From: an uncultured Bacilli bacterium
GTDB lineage: Bacteria; Bacillota_I; Bacilli_A; RF39; UBA660
Assembly: GCA_947629205.1 (NCBI GenBank)
Contig: CANRCV010000001.1
Location: forward strand, 19,531 to 83,530
Length of the DNA stretch: 64,000 nt
Reading direction: 5' to 3'
The position numbers were made by a program, and so were the translations under genes. The first letter of the stretch is position 1; every line of letters starts with the position of its first letter. Positions 32,985-42,671 of the stretch are shown here, piece by piece. The notes below the pieces were generated by a model, which was given only the letters and a program-made list of their open reading frames with translations, was not told where the DNA came from and did no database searches.

Positions 32985-34103
32985 TTAGTAAGTTTTTATT
33001 GGTAAAATTAATTGAATTAAAGATTCATCTTTAACGGATTTAATAACAATTGGTTTAATATCATCCGTCATTAAAAGTAATATTTCATCTTCTTTTATTG
33101 TTTTTAACGCTTCTAACATATATCTTGAACTAAAAGAAATATCAATACTTGCACTACTTTCAGCATCTACTTTTAATTTTTCTTCTACTTTTCCAATTTC
33201 ACTAGCATAAGAATTAATAATCATTGTTTGATTTTCTAATTTCATTTTAATAATATTTTTTTCTTTTCCTTGTGTTAATAAAGCTGCTCTATCAACACTT
33301 GCTATATAATCTTCTTTATTTATTTTTACAATCATTCCAAATTCACTAGGAATTAAATTTGATGTATTTGGATAAGTTCCAGAAAGTAAATTCGTTTGAA
33401 ATTTTAAATTTTTATATTTAAATAAAACTTTATTACTAAAAATATGCATTTCTACATTTTCATTATCCACAATAATTTTTTCTAATTCCATCATATTTTT
33501 TCCTGGTATAACAATATTAATATCTGTAGATACATTTTGTGAAATAATAATATTTTTTTTAGCTAAACGATAAGAATCCGTAGCAATAAAGGTTAAAATA
33601 TTACCCATTATTGTTACATTAATTCCTGTAAGAAGAGGTCTTAATTCTTGATTCGAAATAGCAAATACCGTTTGATTAATTAATGATTTTAAAGTATCTC
33701 CTTCTAATAAAATAGGATCTTTATGTTCTTCCATTTTTAAATTAGGATAATCATTGGCATCTAAACAATTTAAATTAAATTTAGCATTTTCGGTATAAAT
33801 AGCTATTTTAAGACGATCCATCATTTCAAAATGAATAATATCACTCGGTAATTTACGAATAATATCTAATAAAAATTTACTTTGAATAATAATTGTACCT
33901 TCTTGTTCAATACTTTTAATCTCTTTACTTTCTATAAAAGAATTAATTGTAAGTTCACTATCACTTGCTGTTAAAGATAATCCTTTATTGGTTAATTCAA
34001 ATTTAATTCCATTTAATACGGGTATTACATTCTTAGTTGAAATTGCTTTTACTACATTATTTAAGTTTTCTAATAAAATATTTTTATCGATTGAAAATTT
34101 CAT
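32985..34103 (-). CDS. dnaN: DNA polymerase III beta sliding clamp
   Basis: 372 aa with three-domain beta-clamp organisation. Immediately downstream of dnaA. Confidence 0.9.
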   Translation of the reverse strand: MKFSIDKNILLENLNNVVKAISTKNVIPVLNGIKFELTNKGLSLTASDSELTINSFIESKEIKSIEQEGTIIIQSKFLLDIIRKLPSDIIHFEMMDRLKIAIYTENAKFNLNCLDANDYPNLKMEEHKDPILLEGDTLKSLINQTVFAISNQELRPLLTGINVTIMGNILTFIATDSYRLAKKNIIISQNVSTDINIVIPGKNMMELEKIIVDNENVEMHIFSNKVLFKYKNLKFQTNLLSGTYPNTSNLIPSEFGMIVKINKEDYIASVDRAALLTQGKEKNIIKMKLENQTMIINSYASEIGKVEEKLKVDAESSASIDISFSSRYMLEALKTIKEDEILLLMTDDIKPIVIKSVKDESLIQLILPIKTY

Positions 34104-34250
34104 ATCGCATCCTTCTTTCTTTTTTATTTACTTTTTTATTTTTTTTATAGTGTGGATAAAGTTAAAAACTTATTAAATTCCTTTATATATCTATCATTCT
34201 CCTTTATTTTTTTCGTGAATATCTTGTGTAAAAAATAAAACTTATTCACA
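34104..34250. promoter_or_regulatory. oriC downstream segment (dnaA-dnaN intergenic): DnaA boxes plus an AT-rich unwinding stretch
   Basis: Perfect box TGTGGATAA (reverse complement TTATCCACA) at 34151-34159. TTATTCACA at 34242-34250. Poly-T/A tract 34121-34150. Confidence 0.6.
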
Positions 34251-35621
34251 TTAAAATTTATTTTTGATTTCATTAATCTCTTGTTCCAATTTTTTATTCT
34301 CTTTTATATCTTTTAAAATTTTTTCATAAGCATGCATTACGGTTGTATGATCTTTTCCTCCAAATTCAAATCCAATTCTAGGATAGGTTTCTTCTGTCAT
34401 AATTCTTGCTAAATACATAGCAATTTGTCTTGGATAAGTAAAAGAAGCATTTCTTTTATGTCCTTTTAAATCTTCAACAGTAATATGATAAAACTCTGCT
34501 ACTGCTTTTTGAATATTTTCTATAGAAATAGAAGAATATATATTCACATTTAAATAATCTTTTAATGCTTCATTGGCAAATTCTAAATCAATTTTTTCTG
34601 GTACCATCATTGCTGTATAAGCCATTAATCTTAATATAGTTCCTTCTATAAAACGTACATCATTTTGACAATGATTAGCAATTAAATCTATAACCGTATC
34701 ATCTACCATATTTTCAATACTTTTTCCTTTTAATTTTTCTTTAATAATACGACAACGAAGATCATAATCTGGTGGATCTATATTTACAGGAAGTCCCCAC
34801 ATCAAACGACTTCTAAGTCTTTCTTCTAATTTTTTTAAATCATCAGGACTTTTATCACTACTAATAATAATTTGTTTATTAGCTTGATGTAAGGCATTAA
34901 ATGTATAAAAAAATTCTTCTTGTGTTTTTTCTGCTCCTACTAAATATTGAATATCATCAATAATTAAGACATCCACATTACGATATTTGTTTTTAAATTG
35001 AGTAGAATAATCAATTGCACTTTTACCTTTTTCCATACCAGCTACATTAATATATTCATTCATAAACATATCACTTGTTGTATAAAGTACTTTTTTATCC
35101 GTATTTTCTTCAATAAAATTACCAATTGCATGCATTAAATGGGTTTTACCAATACCACTTTTTCCATAAATAAATAATGGATTATATATTTTTCCTGGTG
35201 CTTCTGCTACAGCCATACCAGCAACTTTTGCAAATTGATTGGTTTTCCCAACTATAAAATTATCAAAATTTAAATCTTTTCTTAAATTACTTTCCCAAAG
35301 AATTTCTACTTGCTCTTTTTCTTCTTTATTTTCTTCTTCTACTTGTTTTGCTTCCATTTTTTCTTGCTTTGGTAATTCACTTTCTAAAACAAAATGAATA
35401 TCATAATTAATACCAGATAAATTAAATAAGGTTTCTTCAATTAAAGAATAATAATTTTCTCCTAACATCTTTTTATGAAGATCCATGGGAACTTGAATGG
35501 TCATTTTATCTTGTTCCACATTCACTAATTTTAATTTATCAAACCAAAGATTATAAGAAGAAGCTTGAATTTCTTTTTTAATGTTACTTAAAAAATTGGT
35601 CCATAACTCATCGACTACCAA
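34251..35621 (-). CDS. dnaA: chromosomal replication initiator DnaA
   Basis: AAA+ Walker A GKSGIGKTHL. C-terminal DnaA-box-binding domain ...YPRIGFEFGGKDHTTVMHA... Confidence 0.95.
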   Translation of the reverse strand: MVVDELWTNFLSNIKKEIQASSYNLWFDKLKLVNVEQDKMTIQVPMDLHKKMLGENYYSLIEETLFNLSGINYDIHFVLESELPKQEKMEAKQVEEENKEEKEQVEILWESNLRKDLNFDNFIVGKTNQFAKVAGMAVAEAPGKIYNPLFIYGKSGIGKTHLMHAIGNFIEENTDKKVLYTTSDMFMNEYINVAGMEKGKSAIDYSTQFKNKYRNVDVLIIDDIQYLVGAEKTQEEFFYTFNALHQANKQIIISSDKSPDDLKKLEERLRSRLMWGLPVNIDPPDYDLRCRIIKEKLKGKSIENMVDDTVIDLIANHCQNDVRFIEGTILRLMAYTAMMVPEKIDLEFANEALKDYLNVNIYSSISIENIQKAVAEFYHITVEDLKGHKRNASFTYPRQIAMYLARIMTEETYPRIGFEFGGKDHTTVMHAYEKILKDIKENKKLEQEINEIKNKF

Positions 35622-35699
35622 GTTCCCTCACCCCACTTTCGTCTTTACTATTGTAAATTCATTGTATCTCAAACTTTTTTAATTGAAAAGACAAAATAT

Positions 35700-35932
35700 T
35701 TAATTTTTTGTTTTCCACAACTTATCCACACAATTTATGTATTATAATAACTGACTTTTTTTGATTTATCAACATTATCCACAAATTTTTTTTCATTTTT
35801 TATTCACATTGTGCATAAACTTATTTTAAAAAAAAGTGAATTAGGTGGACAAATATTTTTTTATAAATTCTTGACTTTTTTAATATCCTAATATTATAAT
35901 AAAATGACTTTAAATTTAAAGGAGGAGACATT
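35700..35932. promoter_or_regulatory. oriC upstream DnaA-box cluster (dnaA-rpmH intergenic), including the rpmH promoter
   Basis: Boxes TTTTCCACA 35710-35718, TTATCCACA 35721-35729, TTATCAACA 35765-35773, TTATCCACA 35774-35782, TTATTCACA 35799-35807 and TGTGCATAA 35809-35817. TTGACT 35870-35875 with TATTATAAT around 35892-35900 looks like a sigma-A promoter for rpmH. Confidence 0.7.
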
Positions 35933-36061
35933 ATGAAAATTGGTACTTATCAACCAAATAAAAGAAAAAAAGCTAAAAAGCATGGATTTTTTGCTCGTAA
36001 AGAAACAAAAATATTAAAAAATAGAAGAAAAAAAGGTCGTAAAAATTTAATTACTAAATAA
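35933..36061 (+). CDS. rpmH: 50S ribosomal protein L34
   Basis: Not in the ORF track (42 aa). Translation MKIGTYQPNKRKKAKKHGFFARKETKILKNRRKKGRKNLITK. RBS GGAGGAG 6 nt upstream. Confidence 0.9.
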   Translation: MKIGTYQPNKRKKAKKHGFFARKETKILKNRRKKGRKNLITK

Positions 36062-36092
36062 AACCACTTTGTGGTTTTTTTGCTTTTTTTAA
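36062..36092 (+). terminator. rho-independent terminator/attenuator after rpmH (AAACCAC-TTT-GTGGTTT followed by a T-run)
   Basis: Read from the sequence. Confidence 0.55.
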
Positions 36093-36106
36093 AAAGAAGG
36101 GATAAC

Positions 36107-36433
36107 ATGAAAAAATGGGAAATTATTAAAGATAAAAAAGAATTTACTACAATTATAAAAAATTGTCCATTTGTTAAAAATGAAAGTTTTATTCTATATA
36201 GTAAAGAGAAAGAAGAAAAAATTTCTCATTTTGGAATTGCTATTGCTAAAAAAGTAGGTACAGCAGTAGAACGTAATAAATTAAAACGTCAAGTACGTAT
36301 GATAATGGATAGTGAAAAAGAAAACTTTCCAAATTATAAAGATTATATTATAATGATAAGGAAAAGTTGTAAAAAAAGTTCTTATCAACAAATGTTAGTT
36401 GATTTAAGAAATTTAATAAAGGAGATCAAATGA
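36107..36433 (+). CDS. rnpA: RNase P protein component
   Basis: Position after rpmH. Basic small protein. Start trimmed to ATG 36107 (RBS AAGAAGGGA). Confidence 0.85.
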   Translation: MKKWEIIKDKKEFTTIIKNCPFVKNESFILYSKEKEEKISHFGIAIAKKVGTAVERNKLKRQVRMIMDSEKENFPNYKDYIIMIRKSCKKSSYQQMLVDLRNLIKEIK

Positions 36434-37380
36434 AAACAAAAAAAATAATATTTTTAGTAATATGTATTTTATTTTTAACAACGGGTTGTGGAAATAAAAC
36501 TTATTTAAAAGAAGATAAAACAATAGTTACTTATGAAAAAACGGGACAAAGTTTACAAAATAATATTCTTTGTAAACCAGAAGAACAAGAATTATATGAG
36601 GTTTATGAAAAATATAATGATCAATTACAAACAAAATTAGAAGATTTACCTACTTGTAATGATTTTAAACCAAATACGATTGCTTATCATAGTTTATGGG
36701 AATCTATTTTTGTAAAACCAATTGCTTGGTTAATATTAAAATTAGGAATATTCATTCATAATTTTGGTGTATCTGTAATGTTAATTGGATTAGGTATAAG
36801 ACTTATCTTATTACCATTTTCTAAAAAAACAATGGATCAATCCGAAAATATGAAAAAAGCTCAACCAGAAATTCAAAAGATTGAAAGAAAATATGCGGGT
36901 AGAACGGATACTGATTCAATGATGATGAAAAGTCAAGAAACAATGTTAGTTTATAAAAAATATAAAATTAATCCTGTCGGTGGTTGTTTAATTGCATTTA
37001 TTCAATTACCACTATTCTTTGCTTTCTTACAAGCTATTAATCGTGTTCCTGCTATATTTGAAGATAGTCTATTTGGTATGAAACTTGGTATGACACCAAT
37101 GGTAGGAATTGGACAAGGAAAATATATTTATATTGGTTTAATTATTTTAATTATTTTATCTACTTATTTTTCTTTTAAAAATGCCATGAAAAATCAAAAT
37201 ACAACTAGTGAAATGGAACGTCAAATGCAATTTACATTAAAATTTATGATTGTTATGATTGCCCTTGCATCCTTTAGTTTACCAACAGCTATTGCTCTTT
37301 ATTGGATAGTAACAAATGGTTTTGTTGTTATACAAAATTATTTGTTTAAAATAAAAAAGAATAAAAAGGAAAAAAATTAG
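36430..37380 (+). CDS. yidC: YidC/SpoIIIJ membrane protein insertase (lipoprotein; lipobox LTTGC)
   Basis: Lipoprotein signal peptide, five TM segments, position after rnpA. Confidence 0.85.
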   Translation: MKTKKIIFLVICILFLTTGCGNKTYLKEDKTIVTYEKTGQSLQNNILCKPEEQELYEVYEKYNDQLQTKLEDLPTCNDFKPNTIAYHSLWESIFVKPIAWLILKLGIFIHNFGVSVMLIGLGIRLILLPFSKKTMDQSENMKKAQPEIQKIERKYAGRTDTDSMMMKSQETMLVYKKYKINPVGGCLIAFIQLPLFFAFLQAINRVPAIFEDSLFGMKLGMTPMVGIGQGKYIYIGLIILIILSTYFSFKNAMKNQNTTSEMERQMQFTLKFMIVMIALASFSLPTAIALYWIVTNGFVVIQNYLFKIKKNKKEKN

Positions 37381-37394
37381 GAGGTAAAGTAGTA

Positions 37395-38009
37395 ATGAAT
37401 GAGGTCGTATTAGAAGCAAAAACAAAAGAAGAAGCAATAAGAAAAGCAACAGAAAGTTTAAATGCACAAGAAAGTGAAATCATTTATCATATTGAAGAAG
37501 AAACTACAGGTCGTTTATTTAAATCTTCTACTTATACAATTAAAGCCATTACTTTAACGAATTTAGTAGAACAAATGAAAACTTACTTAAAAGAAATTAT
37601 TCTTCCATTAGGTTTAGAAATTCAATTTGAATCTTCTATTCGTGATCGTAATATCTATATTTCTATGTATGCAGATAATAATGCAATTTTAATTGGTAAA
37701 AATGGACAAACATTAAAAGCATTAGAAACTTTAGTAAAACAAAAAGTACAAAATAATTATGGAGTTCACTTAAAAGTATATTTAGATGTGGAAAATTACA
37801 AAGAAAAACGTATTAAAAATTTAGAATTTATGGCAAAAAAGATAGCTAGAGAAGTAAGAAGTACAAAAGTAGAAGCAACTTTAGAAAATATGAATTCCTT
37901 TGAAAGAAGAATTGTCCACAATGTATTAACAGATTTTAAAGGTGTTACGACAATAAGTGAAGGAGAAGAACCAAATCGTCATGTCATAATAAAACCTACT
38001 GATAATTAA
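37395..38009 (+). CDS. khpB: Jag/KhpB RNA-binding protein (KH plus R3H domains)
   Basis: R3H motif ...ERRIVHNVL... Position between yidC and mnmE. Confidence 0.8.
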   Translation: MNEVVLEAKTKEEAIRKATESLNAQESEIIYHIEEETTGRLFKSSTYTIKAITLTNLVEQMKTYLKEIILPLGLEIQFESSIRDRNIYISMYADNNAILIGKNGQTLKALETLVKQKVQNNYGVHLKVYLDVENYKEKRIKNLEFMAKKIAREVRSTKVEATLENMNSFERRIVHNVLTDFKGVTTISEGEEPNRHVIIKPTDN

Positions 38010-38121
38010 ACCAGTAGGTTTTTATATTTTTATATATATAATTTATTGTTAATAATTATATTGAAAAAGTAATCCATTTGCAAGAAAATGTGTTATAATA
38101 CCCGCGAAGGAGAAAGTGTTT

Positions 38122-39471
38122 ATGGAAGATACAATTGCTGCTATTTCAACGTCTTTAGGGGTTGGAGCAATTTCTATTATTCGTGTGAGTGGAGCAAACT
38201 CTATTTCCATTGTGAATAAAATATTTCGTGGTTGTGATTTAACAAAAGTTGCTTCTCATACCATTCATTATGGGTATATTATGGATAAAGAAGAACAAAT
38301 AGATGAGGTTTTAGTTAGTGTTATGGCATCTCCTAAAACATTTACAACGGAAGATATTGTAGAAATTAATTGTCATGGAGGAATTGCTACAACAAATAAA
38401 ATACTTGAACTATTACTCGAAAATGGTTGTCGTCTTGCAGAACCTGGAGAATTTACCAAAAGAGCCTTCTTAAATGGACGAATTAGTTTGTTAGAAGCAG
38501 AATCTGTAAGTGATTTAATAGAAGCCAAAAGTGAAAAACAACGTTCTATGGCATTAAGTGGGGTAAGTGGAAGAACAACAAATTTAGTACGTGCATTAAG
38601 AGATAAAATCTTAGATGTTATTGCGAATATTGAGGTTAATATCGACTATCCAGAATACGAAGATGCTATAGAAATTACTCATGAAAATTTAAAAGAAAAA
38701 GTGGAGGATATAGAAAAAGATTTAGAACTTTTACTTAAAAATTCTAAAGTAGGAAAGTTAATAAAATCTGGTATTGATGTTGCATTAATTGGTAGACCTA
38801 ATGTTGGAAAAAGTAGTATTTTAAATGCTTTACTAAATGAAGAAAAAGCAATTGTAACGGATATTTCTGGAACAACAAGAGATGTAATTGAAGCAAAAAT
38901 GACTTTAAATGGAATTCCTATTAATTTAATGGATACAGCTGGAATTCGTGCAACAGATGACGTAGTAGAAAAAATTGGTGTTGATAAAAGTAAACAAATA
39001 CTTGAAAGTGCTGATTTAATTATTTTAGTTTTAAATAATAATGAAGAATTAACAGAGGAAGATAAAGAATTACTAGAACAAATCAAAGAGAAAACCCATC
39101 TGATCTTTATTAATAAAACGGATTTAGAAGAAAAACTCATTTTAGAACAAAATGAACATATTGTAAGAGGAAATACCAAAGAATTAAATGGGTTAGAAGA
39201 GTTAAAACAAAAAATAATGGAACTTTATCATTTAGATCAAATCCAAGAAAAAGACTTAACCTATCTTTCTAATGTACGCCAAATGGATTTAGTAAAAAAA
39301 TCTCTTACAAGTATGAATAAATTATTAGAAGATATGAAAGAAAATATTCCTGTTGATATGTTAGAAATTTACTTAAGAGAAGCCTTCGATAATTTAGGTT
39401 TACTTATTGGAGAAACCTATGAAGATGAATTAATTGATAAGTTATTTAAAAACTTTTGTTTGGGAAAATAA
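38122..39471 (+). CDS. mnmE: tRNA modification GTPase MnmE
   Basis: G-domain motifs GRPNVGKSS, DTAG and NKTD. C-terminal ...CLGK. Start set at ATG 38122, after the RBS AAGGAGAAAG. Confidence 0.9.
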   Translation: MEDTIAAISTSLGVGAISIIRVSGANSISIVNKIFRGCDLTKVASHTIHYGYIMDKEEQIDEVLVSVMASPKTFTTEDIVEINCHGGIATTNKILELLLENGCRLAEPGEFTKRAFLNGRISLLEAESVSDLIEAKSEKQRSMALSGVSGRTTNLVRALRDKILDVIANIEVNIDYPEYEDAIEITHENLKEKVEDIEKDLELLLKNSKVGKLIKSGIDVALIGRPNVGKSSILNALLNEEKAIVTDISGTTRDVIEAKMTLNGIPINLMDTAGIRATDDVVEKIGVDKSKQILESADLIILVLNNNEELTEEDKELLEQIKEKTHLIFINKTDLEEKLILEQNEHIVRGNTKELNGLEELKQKIMELYHLDQIQEKDLTYLSNVRQMDLVKKSLTSMNKLLEDMKENIPVDMLEIYLREAFDNLGLLIGETYEDELIDKLFKNFCLGK

Positions 39472-39480
39472 ATTTTACTA

Positions 39481-39545
39481 CATAGAGTAATTTTTTAATA
39501 AAAGTATAAAAAAATTACTCCACAGCGTAATTTTTTGACAAAATT
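39481..39545 (+). terminator. two tandem near-identical hairpins (TTACTACATAGAGTAA/TTACTCCACAGCGTAA), each followed by a T-run, at the mnmE/ATPase junction
   Basis: Read from the sequence. Likely an mnmE terminator duplicated. Confidence 0.45.
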
Positions 39546-39586
39546 AATATTTTTGATTATAATAAGAATAGAAAAGAGGAATATGT

Positions 39587-40792
39587 ATGATTATTCGTGA
39601 AAGATATTTAAAATTAATAAGACCATTTTATAATCAAGAATTAATTAAAGTATTAATTGGACTTAGACGTTCTGGTAAGTCTGTAATTTTAACGCAAATT
39701 ATTGATGAACTCAAAAAAGATAATATAGATGATCAACATATTATTTATATTAATTTTGAAGATTATGATTATGATGAATTAACGAATGCCAAAAGTTTAA
39801 ATAAATATATAAAAGAAAAAATGATAGATCAAAAGAAATATTATTTATTTTTTGATGAAATTCAAAATGTTGAATCTTGGGAAAAAGTTATAAATTCTTT
39901 TAGAGCAACTAAAAATGTATCCATATTTATAACAGGATCAAATAGTGATTTATTATCAAGTGATTTAGCAACGCATATTGCAGGAAGATATGTAAGTTTT
40001 AAAATAACTCCATTTACTTTTAGTGAAGTTTGCGAACTTTTAGAAATAAAAGATAAAGAGAAAATAGAAGAAGCCTTTAAAGATTATATAAAATGGGGTG
40101 GAATGCCTCAAAGATTTATGCAAACAGATGATTTATCTAAAAAAACTTATTTAAATGATATATATGATTCTATTATTATAAAAGATATAGTGAAAAGATT
40201 TAATATTAAAGATATAGATTTATTAAATAAAATTGTAACCTATGTTTTAACAACACCTGCTCAAACTTTTTCTCCTGAAAGTTTAAAAAAATATTTTGAA
40301 AGTGTTTCAAGAGGTGTATCTCTTGAAACGATTTATAACTATTTAGATTATATAACAAGAGCCAATTTAATATTTAAAGCCGAAAGATATGATATTAGAG
40401 GAAAAAGAATTTTAACAGGTAAATATAAGTATTATTTAACGGATTTAGGTTTTACTAATATACTAAGTGAAGGAAAAAAAGAAAAACTTGGTGCTTATTT
40501 AGAAAATATTGTTTATAATGAATTAATTGCAAGAGGCTATAATGTAAACATAGGAAATTTAGATAATGGAGAAATTGATTTCATCGCAACAAAATTTGAT
40601 GAAAAAATTTATGTTCAAGTAGCTTATTTACTTGCAGATGAATCGGTTATTCAAAGAGAGTTTGATGCTTATAAAAAAATAGAAGATAATTTTCCTAAAT
40701 ATGTATTATCTATGGATCATTTCGATTTTTCCAAAGATGGAATTATTCATAAAAACATTATAGATTGGTTATTAGAAGAAGAAAAAAACTAG
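39587..40792 (+). CDS. AAA+ ATPase with C-terminal DUF4143 (COG1373 family, PD-(D/E)xK-like C-terminal module), paralog 1
   Basis: Walker A GLRRSGKS. Conserved ...FITGSNS... The C-terminal ...GEIDFIA...YVQVAY... is typical of DUF4143. RBS AAGAGGAA. The gene sits between mnmE and mnmG. Confidence 0.75.
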   Translation: MIIRERYLKLIRPFYNQELIKVLIGLRRSGKSVILTQIIDELKKDNIDDQHIIYINFEDYDYDELTNAKSLNKYIKEKMIDQKKYYLFFDEIQNVESWEKVINSFRATKNVSIFITGSNSDLLSSDLATHIAGRYVSFKITPFTFSEVCELLEIKDKEKIEEAFKDYIKWGGMPQRFMQTDDLSKKTYLNDIYDSIIIKDIVKRFNIKDIDLLNKIVTYVLTTPAQTFSPESLKKYFESVSRGVSLETIYNYLDYITRANLIFKAERYDIRGKRILTGKYKYYLTDLGFTNILSEGKKEKLGAYLENIVYNELIARGYNVNIGNLDNGEIDFIATKFDEKIYVQVAYLLADESVIQREFDAYKKIEDNFPKYVLSMDHFDFSKDGIIHKNIIDWLLEEEKN

Positions 40793-40805
40793 AAGGTGAA
40801 AACGT

Positions 40806-42671
40806 ATGAAATATGAAGTTATAGTAGTTGGAGGAGGACACGCAGGTTGTGAAGCTGCTCATATGGCTGCTTTTTTAGGTAAAAAGACATTACTGATCAC
40901 AATGAATAAAAAAAATATTGCTGATATGCCTTGTAATCCATCTATTGGAGGAACTGCTAAAGGAGTTATTGTTCGTGATATAGATGCTCTAGGTGGCCTT
41001 ATGGGTAAAGTTGCAGATGAATCCCATTTTCAAATGAAAATGTTAAATAGTAAAAAAGGACCTGCGGTGCAATCTCTTCGTTGCCAAGCTGATAAAACAA
41101 CTTATCCTAAAAATATGTTAAAACGATTAGAAAATACTGAAAATTTAACCATTCAAGAAGATTTAGTAGAAGACTTAATTGTTGAAAACAATAAAATAAA
41201 AGGAATAGTGCTAGCAAATAATGAAAAAATAGAATGCGATGCCTTAATATTAACAACAGGAACGTATTTAAAAAGTAATATTTTAAGAGGTGCTGTTTCA
41301 ACAGAAGGTGGTCCACACGGAGAAGGAAGAAGCAATCATTTAAGTGATAATTTAAAACGTTTAGGTTTTACGATTCAACGTTTAAAAACCGGAACTCCTC
41401 CTAGAATTAAAGCAGATTCTATTGACTTTTCAAAATGTAGTATTGAAAAAGGGGATAATAAATATTACACCTTTTCTCACGATGATAAACCAAAATACAA
41501 AATAGAAGACCAACAAAACTGTTATTTAATTTATACGAATCAAGAAACACATCAAATTATTTTAGACAATCTAGATAAATCCAGTATGTATGGAGGGTAT
41601 GTAACAGGAGTTGGACCAAGATATTGTCCATCCATTGAAGATAAAATTGTACGTTTTAAAGATAAAGAAAGACATCAATTATTTTTAGAACCGGAAAGTA
41701 TGTATTATGATGAATGGTATATTCAAGGTTTTTCTACAAGTATGCCCGAAGATGTTCAAGAAAAAATGGTACATAGTTTAAAAGGACTCGAAAATGCGAT
41801 AATTACCAAATATGCTTATGCCATAGAATATGATGCGATAGACCCTTTACAACTAAAACCATCCTTAGAAACAAAAGTAATTGAAAACTTATTTACAGCA
41901 GGGCAAATTAACGGAACAAGTGGTTATGAAGAAGCAGCAGGACAAGGTCTAATCGCCGGAATAAACGCCGCAAGAAAATTAGAGAATAAGAGTCCATTTA
42001 TTTTAAAAAGAAATGAATCCTATATAGGTGTTTTAATTGATGATTTAGTAACGAAAGGAACAAAAGAACCTTATCGAATGCTTACATCTCGTGCTGAATA
42101 TCGTTTACTTCTTCGCCACGATAACGCAGATTTACGTTTAAGAGGTTATGCTCACGAACTAGGAACTATCACCGATGAAATGTATCAAAACTACTTAAAT
42201 CGCGTACAAAAAATAGAAGAATTAAATGACTTTTTAGATACCACAAAACTAGAACTAACCGAAGATGTAAAAGCAAAATTTCAAGAACAAAACTTTAATT
42301 TACCTTTAAATAAAATGAGTTTAAAAGAACTATTAAAAAGACCAGAAATTACATTTGAATTTTTAGATACACTTTTAAATATCCCATTTGAAGAAGATAT
42401 CAAAGAAGTCGTAAGTATTGCGATTAAATATGATGGGTACATTAAAAAAACCGAAAAAGAAATAGAAAAAATGTTAAAGTTAGAAGAAAAACAAATTCCA
42501 AAAGATATTGATTATAGCAAAGTAAATAACTTAGCAAGTGAAGCTCGTGTGAAATTAGAAAAAATAAGACCAATTTCCATTGGCCAAGCTGCAAGAATTA
42601 GTGGTGTTAATCCTGCCGATATTTCAATACTTGCTATTTACTTAAAGAAAGAGTATGGTAAAAATGACTAA
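40806..42671 (+). CDS. mnmG: tRNA uridine 5-carboxymethylaminomethyl modification enzyme MnmG (GidA)
   Basis: FAD-binding motif VIVVGGGHAGCEAA. 621 aa. Confidence 0.95.
   Translation: MKYEVIVVGGGHAGCEAAHMAAFLGKKTLLITMNKKNIADMPCNPSIGGTAKGVIVRDIDALGGLMGKVADESHFQMKMLNSKKGPAVQSLRCQADKTTYPKNMLKRLENTENLTIQEDLVEDLIVENNKIKGIVLANNEKIECDALILTTGTYLKSNILRGAVSTEGGPHGEGRSNHLSDNLKRLGFTIQRLKTGTPPRIKADSIDFSKCSIEKGDNKYYTFSHDDKPKYKIEDQQNCYLIYTNQETHQIILDNLDKSSMYGGYVTGVGPRYCPSIEDKIVRFKDKERHQLFLEPESMYYDEWYIQGFSTSMPEDVQEKMVHSLKGLENAIITKYAYAIEYDAIDPLQLKPSLETKVIENLFTAGQINGTSGYEEAAGQGLIAGINAARKLENKSPFILKRNESYIGVLIDDLVTKGTKEPYRMLTSRAEYRLLLRHDNADLRLRGYAHELGTITDEMYQNYLNRVQKIEELNDFLDTTKLELTEDVKAKFQEQNFNLPLNKMSLKELLKRPEITFEFLDTLLNIPFEEDIKEVVSIAIKYDGYIKKTEKEIEKMLKLEEKQIPKDIDYSKVNNLASEARVKLEKIRPISIGQAARISGVNPADISILAIYLKKEYGKND

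Noticed and set aside
37279-37467. Minus-strand ORFs embedded in yidC/jag, mnmE (38679-39179), mnmG (41107-41335) and noc (43808-44254, 44520-44777)
   Set aside because: All are antisense to well-supported genes and have low-complexity composition. They are spurious.
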